From assembly GCF_006345805.1 (NCBI RefSeq), contig NC_043010.1, positions 8,680,001 to 8,744,000 of the forward strand: a stretch of DNA of 64,000 nt. Direction: 5' to 3'. The notes beneath the pieces are model-generated. The model had not been told where the DNA came from. It saw nothing but the letters and a program-made list of their open reading frames with translations, and ran no database searches. This DNA comes from Octopus sinensis. Taxonomy: Eukaryota. Below, in pieces: positions 26,037-38,895 of the stretch. Every line of letters begins with the position of its first letter. Position 1 is the stretch's first letter. Both the position numbers and the translations under genes were made by a program.

Positions 26037-27289
26037 TATATATATATATTTATATATATATATGAATTTATCTCAATGTGTTTATTACATTACATTATGT
26101 TAGTATCCCTTCAGCAATAAATTGTTACACGCAGAACAAATGTGTTCACACATTTACACAAGGTATGCGTTAATAGCAGTTTGATCAACTGAGAGTGATC
26201 AATTTACCAGAGAATGGCACAACTGATTATTCGAGGAATGTGAAAAGAACAATATCACACACCTGATATTGATATACAACATTAACAGATATTATTAATG
26301 TATACAACATCAATAGACACGATGGAGATGAAGAATCACTGGAAATGGGGTGTATGTGATTTTCCAACAGAAGAGAAACAGAGATTAATGTTCCATAAGT
26401 ATGTGAAAGAGATTAGCAGCTTGGAATTATTTAGTTTTATTTATTTGCCATGGGAAAAGCAATCATAAAGTAGGGAATATGCGATATACCCAGCATAGAG
26501 AAATGGGAAACAAAATAAAGGTGTAATTATTGTTGTTAGTCACCGAGGAAAACGTGTTTTATATTTCTCTCAACTACTCTCGTTATAAATATGCATACAT
26601 CTCAATTAGCAACTGCAAATGATCGTACCAGTTGTAGTTCAGCTCAATTGATTCCTTACTGCCTTATTTAGAATGGTATTTAACGATTAGTTACAGCTGG
26701 CTGAGTTGGACGTTTGTAGGATGACAGCTTACTAAGCAAAAGATTGATGCTTCACATCGCCCATCATTTGCATTGCACTGTCCTTGACAAAGGCACTTTA
26801 CCATGAATAACCCCAGTAGGGTTAATTGCTGTAAATTTGGTACCAGAAAGCGAAATTGTTCATGATTGTAACTGAGGGCTGCATTAGACATTTCAGGCAT
26901 GTGAAACCTTTTTTTTTTTTTTATAGTAATGGGCCTTATGAGATATTGACAATCATAAATCAGCCCACACTCTAGAATGACAATGCAACAAACATCATAT
27001 ATATTACTTATAACACCATACATTATACATAATTTAACAAACACTTTATAAAGTACATATAACACCACATATTATACACAATTTAATGAACACTGCATAT
27101 AGTACATATGAAACAATATATCATACACAACACTGTATGATAAACATCGTATATTATACATGTAGTACCGTATATATTACACACAATTTGATAAACACTG
27201 TATATTGTACATATAACACTATATACACAAATAAATCAAACATGATAGAGGAAGCACAACTGAATAAGAGAAAAAGAAATGGAATTATT

Positions 27290-27511
27290 TAAAATTTTTG
27301 TTGCTCATAATTGTTGAAATACACTGTTTTTGTTTCAATTGATTTTGAAAAATTATAAATAATTTAGTAAAATAGCGTTGGCATTTTTAAGCTGAGTCTG
27401 GAACATAAATTATCATGAAATTTTGGTGAAAGGTTTGAATTTAGATAATTTTTAAAGGGAAAATTGTTTCAGCAAAATCAGAGCTAGAAGATTGGTAATA
27501 AAGGGGTTGAA
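27290..27511. mobile_element. Diverged copy of piggyBac-type MITE family 1, opposite orientation to 41318-41537
   Basis: Colinear by eye with the reverse complement of 41318-41537 (tttcaatt, aatttagtaaa, taagct, ggaacataaatt, gtaataaaggggtt). Confidence 0.55.
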
Positions 27512-28789
27512 TTGGCAGAGTTGAATTTTACAAATTTTTATTTAAAAGTCGGACTTACATAATAAAAGGATTATTCAAAAATATATACAAAAATATACCA
27601 ATGGTTGTGTGTGATCCTAGATATCTTTTTTATGGTAAATATCTGTGGCCCAGGGCCACAGACTGCCACAGATTTCCCATACTTGATAGATGTGATGATT
27701 ATTTTGCTTAGAGTGCTGAGCCTCAAATATGCACTATACCTACACAGTCTATCAAATACTTGAATGTCTACAAACAAGAGGCACACAAACTGGAATTGAT
27801 GGTGTTTTAAAATAAAGAAAACCAACGACTTCCAGAGAAAACTTGCTTAATATTGAAAGGCCATTATCTTTGGAATGCTTTTCTAATATGCAGAAAAATC
27901 ATGGCATTTAAAAAACAAAACAAAACAATAATAGACTTATTTATTAGCCCTTAAAATTTTTTATTAAGATATAAGGAATGCTTTTCTGCAAATTTAGTAA
28001 AAGCATGGTAAGTTCAAAAAGCCCTTTTCAAACTTTCTATTGATAATTTGAATAAAATAAAACTTGCAAAGAATGCAGATTTTACTTAAAGCAATGAGCC
28101 AACCTATTGCTTAGTTGAGACAGATTAAGTTCTGAGTGTAAACCAACTAAACATTATTTCAGTTAAGAACTGACATCTTTTCCTACACTTTTATAAATGA
28201 ATTCAGTAGTCAGGGCCAGTATTGATAATATTCTATCATTTCTTAAAATTTTGTGAGAAACAATCCTCATTATATTTTGAAGGTTGGTTGCAAATGAATA
28301 TGACTGGAAATAAGTAACATGCTTTTGTTTATATTTAGGTGTCTATGTAGTCATGAGCATACATAGGTATCTTCTTGGTTCCCTCACCTTTAACCTAGCA
28401 TCATATCGATGAAGATACAAGTGGAGTGGAGGGAAAAAAGACTGTATCAGCAATCAGGTGGTATCCATTTAGAGCTGAATAGATTTTGAGCAATGATGAA
28501 TAAAGCGTTTTGCTTGAAAACACAGTAAGCTGTCCAGTCCAGTAATTGAACCCACAAACTTTGGATCATGAAGTGAACAGCCTAACCACTTGGCCACAGG
28601 CCTTCATAGCTATTCTGGATACACATTTGATTAAAGATGCAAAGCATATTTGTCTTTAAGGAACAATTTAATGGTTAAAGTGAGCTACAAATTCATGGCT
28701 CAATGTACAGACATCTAAGACTTTCACTCAAATATTTCACTTTAAATACCATGAGTTTAGATTAAAAATAAGGGCTTAATGCAACAAAC

Positions 28790-28975
28790 CTTTACACACA
28801 CACACACACACACACACACATCACACACACACACACACACACACACATCACACACACACATCACACACACATAGATACATATACCTGTGTGTGTGCATGT
28901 ATCTATGTATCTGTGTATATATATATCTGTGTATATATATATATGTATGTATGTATGTATATATGTGTGTGTCTA

Positions 28976-29019
<44 letters not shown>

Positions 29020-29111
29020 AATCTATCTATCTATCTATATCTATCTATCTATCTATCTATCTATATCTATATATATATATGTATGCATGTATGTATATAT
29101 GTGTGTGTCTA

Positions 29112-29146
<35 letters not shown>

Positions 29147-29147
29147 A

Positions 29148-29186
<39 letters not shown>

Positions 29187-29223
29187 ATATATATATGTAT
29201 GTATGTATATATGTGTGTGTCTA

Positions 29224-29292
<69 letters not shown>
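28790..29292. repeat. Compound (CA)n/(TA)n/(TATC)n microsatellite with higher-order repetition
   Basis: The block atatgtgtgtgtctatatctatct recurs three times. Confidence 0.9.
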
Positions 29293-29293
<1 letters not shown>

Positions 29294-29406
29294 CAATTAT
29301 AGATAGAATTAGTCAAAACAGCAAGCACATTGTTTAAATTATTTAAGTAAAAAAAAAGCCTGCTTTGAGTTTTAGACTTGTATTTGTCATTTAGACAAAT
29401 TCTCAC

Positions 29407-29427
29407 CTCGCTTTCCTTTTGCATTGA
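29407..29427 (-). CDS. Candidate 21-nt in-frame microexon of the protocadherin cytoplasmic tail (SMQKESE)
   Basis: Minus strand tttctctggctaattctacAG|TCAATGCAAAAGGAAAGCGAG|GTGAGA. Phase 0 at both ends, matching the phase-0 donor at 30413; about 1 kb downstream of it. Confidence 0.4.
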
Positions 29428-30412
29428 CTGTAGAATTAGCCAGAGAAATTTTCTGCTCCTCTTATTTGTGATTCTTCAACCAATTCTTCCTTTTTTATTT
29501 TTATTTATTTATTTATTATTTATTTATTTATTTATTTTTGCGTTCGTTTCCTATTCTTGTTATCATGCATCTCATAGTAGATATATATGTGTATTTTGTG
29601 TATTGTTTTTTTTTTCTTCATCTCATCTACTATTCTTTCTGCTTTCTATATAACCTTATAGATCAGATGACCTAATTTATGTTGCTAGCTCTTGGCTCTA
29701 CACACAAACTAATTTCCCAGTTTTAATTTGCCTTTTGAAATAGTATTCTTTGGAAAACAAATATACAACAAAATACATTGGAATCATTTCCTTTCTGCAC
29801 ATCAAGCAGGTTGACTTTTGACTCTGGCTGTTATTTTCCTGTCTTCCAAAATGCAATTACTATCTTAGAACATCCTCAAATAGCTTTCTATTTTTATTTG
29901 TTTATTTATCTACTTATTTAATTTTTTTTTTTTTCTCATGCCTATTCATTTTCCCCAAGTTCTTTGCTGAAGGAATACAAAAACCTTCTCATCAATCATT
30001 ACGACATAGAATTTTCTAATTTCCTTTAATAAGTTTCCTCATACTCAGAATGTGTCGTGTGTGTGTGTATGTGTAAATAACATAAAAAAAAGTAAATATA
30101 TAGATAAATAAAAATTGAAAGTAAAGAATAAAATGGAGAAAAAACATGAAAAAGAAAAATATTCCTAAAAAACAACATATAAAATAGATTCATGCAAATA
30201 CAGAACATGTTCGACTTCTCTTTCAGTGTTTGCATAATGTCAAATGTCATCCAGTTGAATTTTCAAGGAATGAGACAGAAATTAAGATTATACTGGAGAG
30301 AAAAAAAATGGTATATGGTAATCAGTTGATATACAAAGTAGCAGAGAAAAGGCAGAAAACAACCCACCTCCCTCAAAAAATAATAAACAACAACAAAAAA
30401 AAACAAACATAC

Positions 30413-32818
30413 CTGGTGTGTTGCTTCTGTGGTTGCTTGTTGGGGAATTCTTGCTGTTGAACTTTTCCTCTCACGATTTGATTCATATCTGTAATGTGGT
30501 CCACCAGTTGGAATTAAAGATAAAGAATTGGTACTTTTGCAGGTTTGAGTTTTGGTCACTGGAACATCATATTGAGAAGACAATTGTTCACTGAGAAACT
30601 CAGAGTCCTCATTTTTACCAGATATTTTCATATTGAAGTCAACTGCATCAGTGTATGTAGAATTTCTTTGGTTATTTCTCCGGATGATGCATATTGTTAT
30701 GGAGACTACGAGTACAACAGACACAGTTACTGCTGCCACAATAATGATAATGAATAGATTGATATGTATTTTGTCATCTGATTTAACATTAACAGCAGTA
30801 TACATAGTTGATGTTTTATTGCTAACAGTTAAAGTTAAGGATAAGGTAGTGGTGGCTGATAAAACAGGAGTACCACTGTCTTTAACTATAAATTTGAGAT
30901 TATATGTCCCAGCATCATTTTGGTAAACTGGCCGAGAGAAAGACAAAACACCTGTGTAGGAGTTTATCATAAACAACTGACGATTATTCCCTTGATGTAT
31001 TTCATACTTTAGAAAGGCATTCTGCCTGCTGTCTCTGTCAGAGGCCCTTAACACTGTAATATCATTTTCACTCTGTGGATGATAATGGACATCTAAACTA
31101 AAAGGGTTAACATTTGGGAAAGTAAAATAAGGGGCGTTATCATTCTCGTCCATGACTTCAACATTTATTTTTGCTGTGTTACTGAGGGATGGTACTCCAT
31201 TGTCCTTGACCAAAACATGGAATGAATAAAGACTTTGCTGCTCATGATCCAGTGACTGAGTTGTGGTGATAAATCCAAAATCAGAAATTTTGAAAGGAAG
31301 GTTATATTTGCTATCATTTAGAAGAATATATGTCAACTGACCTCCAGGTCCTAGGTCCGAGTCTGTAACATTTATCAAACCTATAGGAAAGTTTGGTTTC
31401 TCATTTTCATAAGTAAGAAATTTGAATGTATCTTTTGTAAATTGTGGTCGCACATCGTTGACGTCCATCACTTTGATAGTAAATCTCTTTTGCGTTCGAA
31501 GACGTGGAGTCCCTTTGTCTTCACAAGAAATAATAAAGTCCATGTGGTTTTGAGTTTCTCTGTCAACTGGATTTTTCACAATAACTTTGTATTTCTTCTT
31601 GCTAAGACTCTGCAATTGTAGTTTATCATGTCGAAGATCACAAGTTACTTGTCCATTTAGACCAATATCATTGTCAACAACTTTTACGTAGGCAATGAAA
31701 CTCCCAACTTCCATTCCCTCGGAAATCGAGGCAGTTTTTCCAGTTGATTCTGAGAACTTTACATCAACTTTTGGTGGGTTGTTTTCTTGATTGATAACAT
31801 TCACGAAGACAGTAGTTATTGAACTCATGGGAGGACTACCTCCATCACGAGCTTCAATGAATAATTTGTAAGTTTTTTTTTCCTCTGGTTTAAATTTTTC
31901 ATTAAGAAATATTTCTCCAGTAAGCTGATTTAACTGAAAGTAAGATTTTGCTATGTTGGACGTTTTTGAGCTAAAATGATATGTTATTTTACCATTTCTA
32001 CCGGAATCGAAATCTTTTGCAGATAAGGTAAGAACTAATACATTCTTCCGGTGCCCATTATTTATTGTAATATTGTAGACTTTCTGTGAGAAAACAGGCC
32101 TGTTATCATTGACATCTGTAACAAAGATTTGAACACTCAGATTTCCATTCCTTCCTCTAGAACCACCATTTTTGGCAATAACTTGAAGTAAGTATTTATC
32201 CTTTACTTCTCTATCCAATTTATTTTCTAAAGTTATCATAAGATTTGAAGAGCCATCTACTCTTTTGGAAACAACCAAACTAAATGGATCATCCATGTTT
32301 TTTATCAGCTCATAAATTATCTGAGAATTTTTCACGCTAACATCTTTGTCAATGGCATTTGGGATTGATCGTGTGGTTCCTTTACCATCAGTTTCATAAA
32401 ACTGAAGACTAATTTCTTTGTCTTCGAATTCTGGTTGATTGTCATTGATATCCTCAATAACTACTTTAATTTCGAGGATTCTAACAAAAGACTTTCCTTT
32501 ACGTACAGCAATGTCTACAGTTTCAAAACACTCTGTATTATATTTACATAGTGACTCTGCATCCAATGTTTTGGCCGTGTAAAGCTTTCCATCACTCGTA
32601 ACATTAAATAGTTGTGAATTATTATTGGTCTCTTGTTGCAGTTGACTATATCTGACAAGATATTGTTCACTTGAAGGAACAGAATCTATCATATGAGTAT
32701 CAACACCAATATTTCCGAGGTAAGTATTTGGTGTTTTATTTTCTTTAACATAATATATAAAATCGACGCCGTAACAGATGTGCAGCAGAAATAAAAATTC
32801 AAATACTTTGACAAACAT
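30413..32818 (-). CDS. PCDH: Protocadherin, large first coding exon (signal peptide, 6 EC repeats, TM, proximal cytoplasmic region); 3' exons not included
   Basis: The 855-aa track ORF starts at TTG; the first ATG is at 32818 (MFVKVFEFLFLLHICYG, signal-peptide-like). Cadherin motifs: LDAESLC, DINDNQPEF, LDRE, DVNDNRPVF, ARDGG, VDRE, DVNDVRPQF, LDHE, DENDNAPYF, VKDSG. TM: INLFIIIIVAAVTVSVVLVVSITICII followed by RRNN. Donor CAG|GTATGT at 30413/30412 gives 2406 nt = 802 codons, phase 0. Confidence 0.95.
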
Positions 32819-32897
32819 TTTTGGCAACAAATATTAACTTGAACGTCACAGAATGTCTTGGCTTTGAAGTGAATTCTTGAAGAAAAATCAGCTAAGT
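32819..32897 (-). other. 5' UTR part of the protocadherin exon, beginning at a splice acceptor
   Basis: Minus strand reads GTTGTTGTTTTCAG|ACTTAGC with AG at 32899-32898, 79 nt upstream of the ATG. No ATG lies in between. Confidence 0.6.
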
Positions 32898-32902
32898 CTG
32901 AA

Positions 32903-32942
32903 AACAACAACAACAATAATAATAATAATAATGATGATGATG

Positions 32943-32994
<52 letters not shown>

Positions 32995-33015
32995 CAACAA
33001 CAACAATAATAATGC

Positions 33016-33067
<52 letters not shown>

Positions 33068-33075
33068 CGATGATG
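32903..33075. repeat. (AAC)/(AAT)/(GAT) triplet repeat immediately upstream of the protocadherin acceptor
   Basis: Direct reading. Confidence 0.95.
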
Positions 33076-33324
33076 GTGCTAAAAAGGGTTTAGGAGCTAT
33101 GATGGAGATGATCAATCTAATCTGGAGAAATTTTAAAGATTTTACTTCACCACCAACACCACCACCAGCACAACCACCACCAGCACCACCAGCACCACCA
33201 CCATTATCACCACTGCCACCCATTCTCCTAAACTGCTCTCTCTCTCCTTTCTATCTCTGTGTGTGTATATATATATATATATAGATATATACATATACAT
33301 ATACATACATACTTATATATATAT

Positions 33325-33356
<32 letters not shown>

Positions 33357-33744
33357 GTTTATATATTTGTAATCTGTAAAGTAAACGTTTACATCAATCT
33401 CTAAATAAATGCTTACAACACTTGACTAAGTACTGATAGGAACTTTCTAAATAGTTATTTCCATTTAAGTACAAAATAGGTACTGAGGCTTCTTAAACTT
33501 CAATGATCTGATAAACACCGATATTTCTCTGCACAGATTGGTCTTTACACATAATCAAAATAAAAAAGATAAGCAAAAAAAAAAAAAAAGAAAAAATTAA
33601 AATCAAAATCAAAATCAAAACAGAGATAATTATTTAAAGAAAAGACATTGCTGCTGATATTTCTTTGTGCCTCCAGTTAGAGTTGCTCATGAAATATATT
33701 GCTGACACATTATCTTAAAAATATAAGAGACTTGTATCTCTTGC

Positions 33745-33817
<73 letters not shown>

Positions 33818-33887
33818 GTAACAATGATAATAATGATGGTGGTAGATTGGTGGTGATGATAACGATGATGATGATATTGATGATAAC

Positions 33888-33946
<59 letters not shown>

Positions 33947-34359
33947 TAAAAATAATAATAATAAATGTCTCTCCTCCTTTTTATTTTTTTTTTCCTCTCT
34001 TTTTGAGAGCACAAACAGTCAGCTACTTTGCATATTGAGTATGTCAAAGGCAACTGGAAATCAATTACTTTTCATTAAATTTCTTGGCTTATCGAACTTC
34101 AGATTTCAGAAGTGTTTCTTCAATGAAAGAAACCAATTTTTGCCAAGTCATTAACAGATGTACTCAGAACACAAACGAGAAATTTGGTCTGCTATTAGAT
34201 GTATCCAAAAATTAAATGGAGAGAAGGAGAGAAAGTGAGAATGAAAGGAGAGAGGTGGGGAGAGGATAAGTAAATAAATATAAAGAAATACTTTAGAAAC
34301 TCAAGTGCAAAATATCAAACTATCAATTGTAATTTCAAGCTATATCTATCTTTTCAATC

Positions 34360-34400
<41 letters not shown>

Positions 34401-35026
34401 TTTGTGCTTGTTTGTTGTGTGTGTGTGTGCGTGTCTGTGTGTCTGTGTGTCTGAGTATTTAAATATATGTGTGCATGTGTGTAAACACAAGTGTGTTAAC
34501 ACTTTTGTTGTGTGAGTGTATATGTATATATACATATATATGTATATATAGATATGAATATATATATATATGTATGCATATGTGTGTGTGTGTACGTGTA
34601 TATATATATATAGATATATATATATATGCATATATATATATATATTTATGTATATATATATATATTTATGTATATATATATATATATATATGCATATATA
34701 TATATATATGTATATATATATAAAAAAACACACATGTGTGCACATAGACACACATAAACACAAAGACACACATGCACACACGCATACATACACACATAAT
34801 TGCATGTTAAAAAGCACTAACACATATGAACATACACAATCTACAAATATAAACACACAAATTTAATTTACTTGCTTCGGTCAGCTGAAACCAAAACTGG
34901 CAGGAATCTTGTCTCTATTTCCAGTATTGAGTGCATTTTCTGTTCATTACAATTAACATATATACATATATAAACGTGCATACATTCATAATACACATAT
35001 ATATATATTATATGCATATATGTATA

Positions 35027-35079
<53 letters not shown>

Positions 35080-35094
35080 CATATATGTATATAT

Positions 35095-37485
35095 ATATAT
35101 ACACACACATACACATATACATGTGTATTCATACTCATACACACAAGCTGTCTAATATCTGTGTTTGTAAGAAACACAAAATCTGTTATCTTTCTCTTTC
35201 TATTGCAATAGTTTATTTCTAGTTTGTTCCCCTAGCGACACCACGGCCACCACCACCACCACCAGTCTTACCCACCACCACTGCCACCATCAACCCCATC
35301 ACCATCATCACCACTAGCAACCACACCAGTAAGAAATCATACCGTCCTTCACCATCACCTCATAACCAAGTATATGGTATGTAATATTCAACTATCTTTT
35401 ATGATTGTTAAATATCCTTTATGAAGTGTTATCAAACACACAAATCTTATACCCAGAGAAATGTTATTACTTACTCTCTCTCTCTCTCTCATTTTCTCTC
35501 TCACTAAATGCATTTATGTGCCAGCAAACAGACATACATACACGCATATATGTATATGTGTGTGTGTATATATATATACATACGCATACGTTTATCAATA
35601 CAAATATGCGTGTGTGTATATATATATATATATTTATGTGTGTGTATATATATATATATATGTATAGATATGTATATATACAGATATGTGTGTGTATACA
35701 TATTTATATATATATACACACACACATATATACATATATATACACACAGACATATATACATATATATACAGGCACACATACACACACACACACTACATAC
35801 ACGCAGACCCATTATTTATACAAATATATACCCATAACCCTACACACACACTGAGACACATACGCACAAACATGTATATAGATATTTATATATACACACA
35901 CATACACATATACATGTGTATTCATACTCATACACACAAGCTGTCTAATATCTGTGTTTGTAAGAAACACAAAATCTGTTATCTTTCTCTTTCTATTGCA
36001 ATAGTTTATTTCTAGTTTGTTCCCCTAGCGACACCACGGCCACCACCACCACCACCAGTCTTACCCACCACCACTGCCACCATCAACCCCATCACCATCA
36101 TCACCACTAGCAACCACACCAGTAAGAAATCATACCGTCCTTCACCATCACCTCATAACCAAGTATATGGTATGTAATATTCAACTATCTTTTATGATTG
36201 TTAAATATCCTTTATGAAGTGTTATCAAACACACAAATCTTATACCCAGAGAAATGTTATTACTTACTCTCTCTCTCTCTCTCATTTTCTCTCTCACTAA
36301 ATGCATTTATGTGCCAGCAAACAGACATACATACACGCATATATGTATATGTGTGTGTGTATATATATACATACGCATACGTTTATCAATACAAATATGC
36401 GTGTGTGTATATATATATATATTTATGTGTGTGTATATATATATATATATGTATAGATATGTATATATACAGATATGTGTGTGTATACATATTTATATAT
36501 ATATACACACACACATATATACATATATATACACACAGACATATATACATATATATACAGGCACACATACACACACACACACTACATACACGCAGACCCA
36601 TTATTTATACAAATATATACCCATAACCCTACACACACACTGAGACACATACGCACAAACATGTATATAGATATTTATATATACACACACATACACATAT
36701 ACATGTGTATTCATACTCATACACACAAGCTGTCTAATATCTGTGTTTGTAAGAAACACAAAATCTGTTATCTTTCTCTTTCTATTGCAATAGTTTATTT
36801 CTAGTTTGTTCCCCTAGCGACACCACGGCCACCACCACCACCACCAGTCTTACCCACCACCACTGCCACCATCAACCCCATCACCATCATCACCACTAGC
36901 AACCACACCAGTAAGAAATCATACCGTCCTTCACCATCACCTCATAACCAAGTATATGGTATGTAATATTCAACTATCTTTTATGATTGTTAAATATCCT
37001 TTATGAAGTGTTATCAAACACACAAATCTTATACCCAGAGAAATGTTATTACTTACTCTCTCTCTCTCTCTCATTTTCTCTCTCACTAAATGCATTTATG
37101 TGCCAGCAAACAGACATACATACACGCATATATGTATATGTGTGTGTGTATATATATATTACATACGCATACGTTTATCAATACAAATATGCGTGTGTGT
37201 ATATATATATATATATTTATGTGTGTGTATATATTATATATATGTATAGATATGTATATATACAGATATGTGTGTGTATACATATTTATATATATATACA
37301 CACACACATATATACATATATATACACACAGACATATATACATATATATACAGGCACACATACACACACACACACTACATACACGCAGACCCATTATTTA
37401 TACAAATATATACCCATAACCCTACACACACACTGAGACACATACGCACAAACATGTATATAGATATTTATATATATACACACAC
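35095..37485. repeat. Tandem triplication, 3 x about 790 bp, 2.2 kb upstream of the protocadherin exon
   Basis: Track ORFs at 35405, 36198 and 36987 (spacing 793 and 789). Unique parts identical; junctions in (TA)/(CA) repeats. Confidence 0.95.
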
Positions 37486-37499
37486 ACACATATATATAT

Positions 37500-37532
<33 letters not shown>

Positions 37533-38011
37533 ATCTACTATGCCTCAGAACCTTAATATTGGAAAAGCAAATGAATAACAAATGCTATTTATCTAACTGT
37601 CATAGACTGAAAAACCTTTGATGCAAGGAACATGAAGCAGCCCAGAGTAATCTCTTAGATATTGGGGGCTAAAACCAACATATAAGAAATCAATAAAAAA
37701 TTAATATCGGGCTGCTTTCTCTGAAGCACATGATGATTGGCAATAAATATTCTTAGCAGGTGTAGAAATATCTTTGCTGAAAACTAATCAAGAACTATCA
37801 AGGAATGATAATAATAAATTGGAAATATTTTCATTATCAAATATTTCAGGACAATATATCTATCATTGAATTTGTCTTAAATCATCTTAAAATGGAGATA
37901 GATGAGTTAGCTGTAAGATCTCAGTGATATTGACTAGAGAAATGAAGCTTATCTAAGAGACCACAACCCACGGATAAGAGATCAATAACACAGAAGCAAA
38001 GTCAATACTTA

Positions 38012-38044
<33 letters not shown>

Positions 38045-38232
38045 CGTGTGTGTGTTTGCATTCATACATACATATATATATATACAGACATATATGCACA
38101 TATATATATATACATATATACATATACACACACACACAAACACACGAACACACATGTATATATATATATATTTACATACATACCGTACATTTATGCATAT
38201 ACAGGTAAGTGTAATACATGTATATATTATCT

Positions 38233-38290
<58 letters not shown>

Positions 38291-38507
38291 TAGATAGATA
38301 GATATAGATAGATATATAGATAGATAGTTGAAGTTATATATACATATACATATTCATATATAGATATATATTTATATGTATTATGTATATATATGTATGA
38401 GTACACCCATGTGTGTGTGTATGCTTACGTGTGTGTGTGTTTCTGCGCATGTGTGTGTATATACACATACATACATATATACATGCATACATACATACAT
38501 ACATACA

Positions 38508-38579
<72 letters not shown>

Positions 38580-38629
38580 TATTTTATATGTATCTATGTA
38601 TGTAATAATCTTCAACTCCACTGAACAAA

Positions 38630-38895
38630 TAATCCTCGGTAACATAACTCATGCGGAAATTCAATGTGGAATTGAAATGAGCTGGAAAACATACAGGAAA
38701 GCAAATCTGTCTGAGACACAATAAAAGTCTAAGCTTTTGAAAAAGCCGAAAGTATTAAGAGTTCCTATCTGACTCTACTTACAAGCTGACTAACATGGAT
38801 TTATTCAGAAAATAAAACGGATACAAATTTGGATAAATACAATGGAGGCAGGTATGTTGATGGTTCTATCTTTGAGAGATCGTGTTGCAATACTA
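38630..38895 (+). mobile_element. Very old RTE-like LINE fragment
   Basis: AEIQCGIEMSWKTYRK and MEAGMLMVLSLRDRV resemble the RTE post-RT motifs EI.RRI...W and MER.ML..SLRDRI. Confidence 0.4.

Noticed and set aside
26263-26338. AG..GT-bounded 76-nt minus-strand segment
   Set aside because: Weak donor (GTGTGT), an immediate stop in phase 0 and not frame-preserving.
26691-27068. 125-aa minus-strand ORF as a protocadherin tail exon
   Set aside because: No suitable minus-strand acceptor, partly in low-complexity sequence, and no recognisable motif.
27644-27675. Short hairpin TCTGTGGCC-CAG-GGCCACAGA
   Set aside because: A 9-bp stem is too short to distinguish from chance, and it is not a terminator in this context.
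32819-32830. Track start MLPK of the 855-aa ORF
   Set aside because: It begins at TTG. The first ATG at 32818 gives a proper signal peptide.
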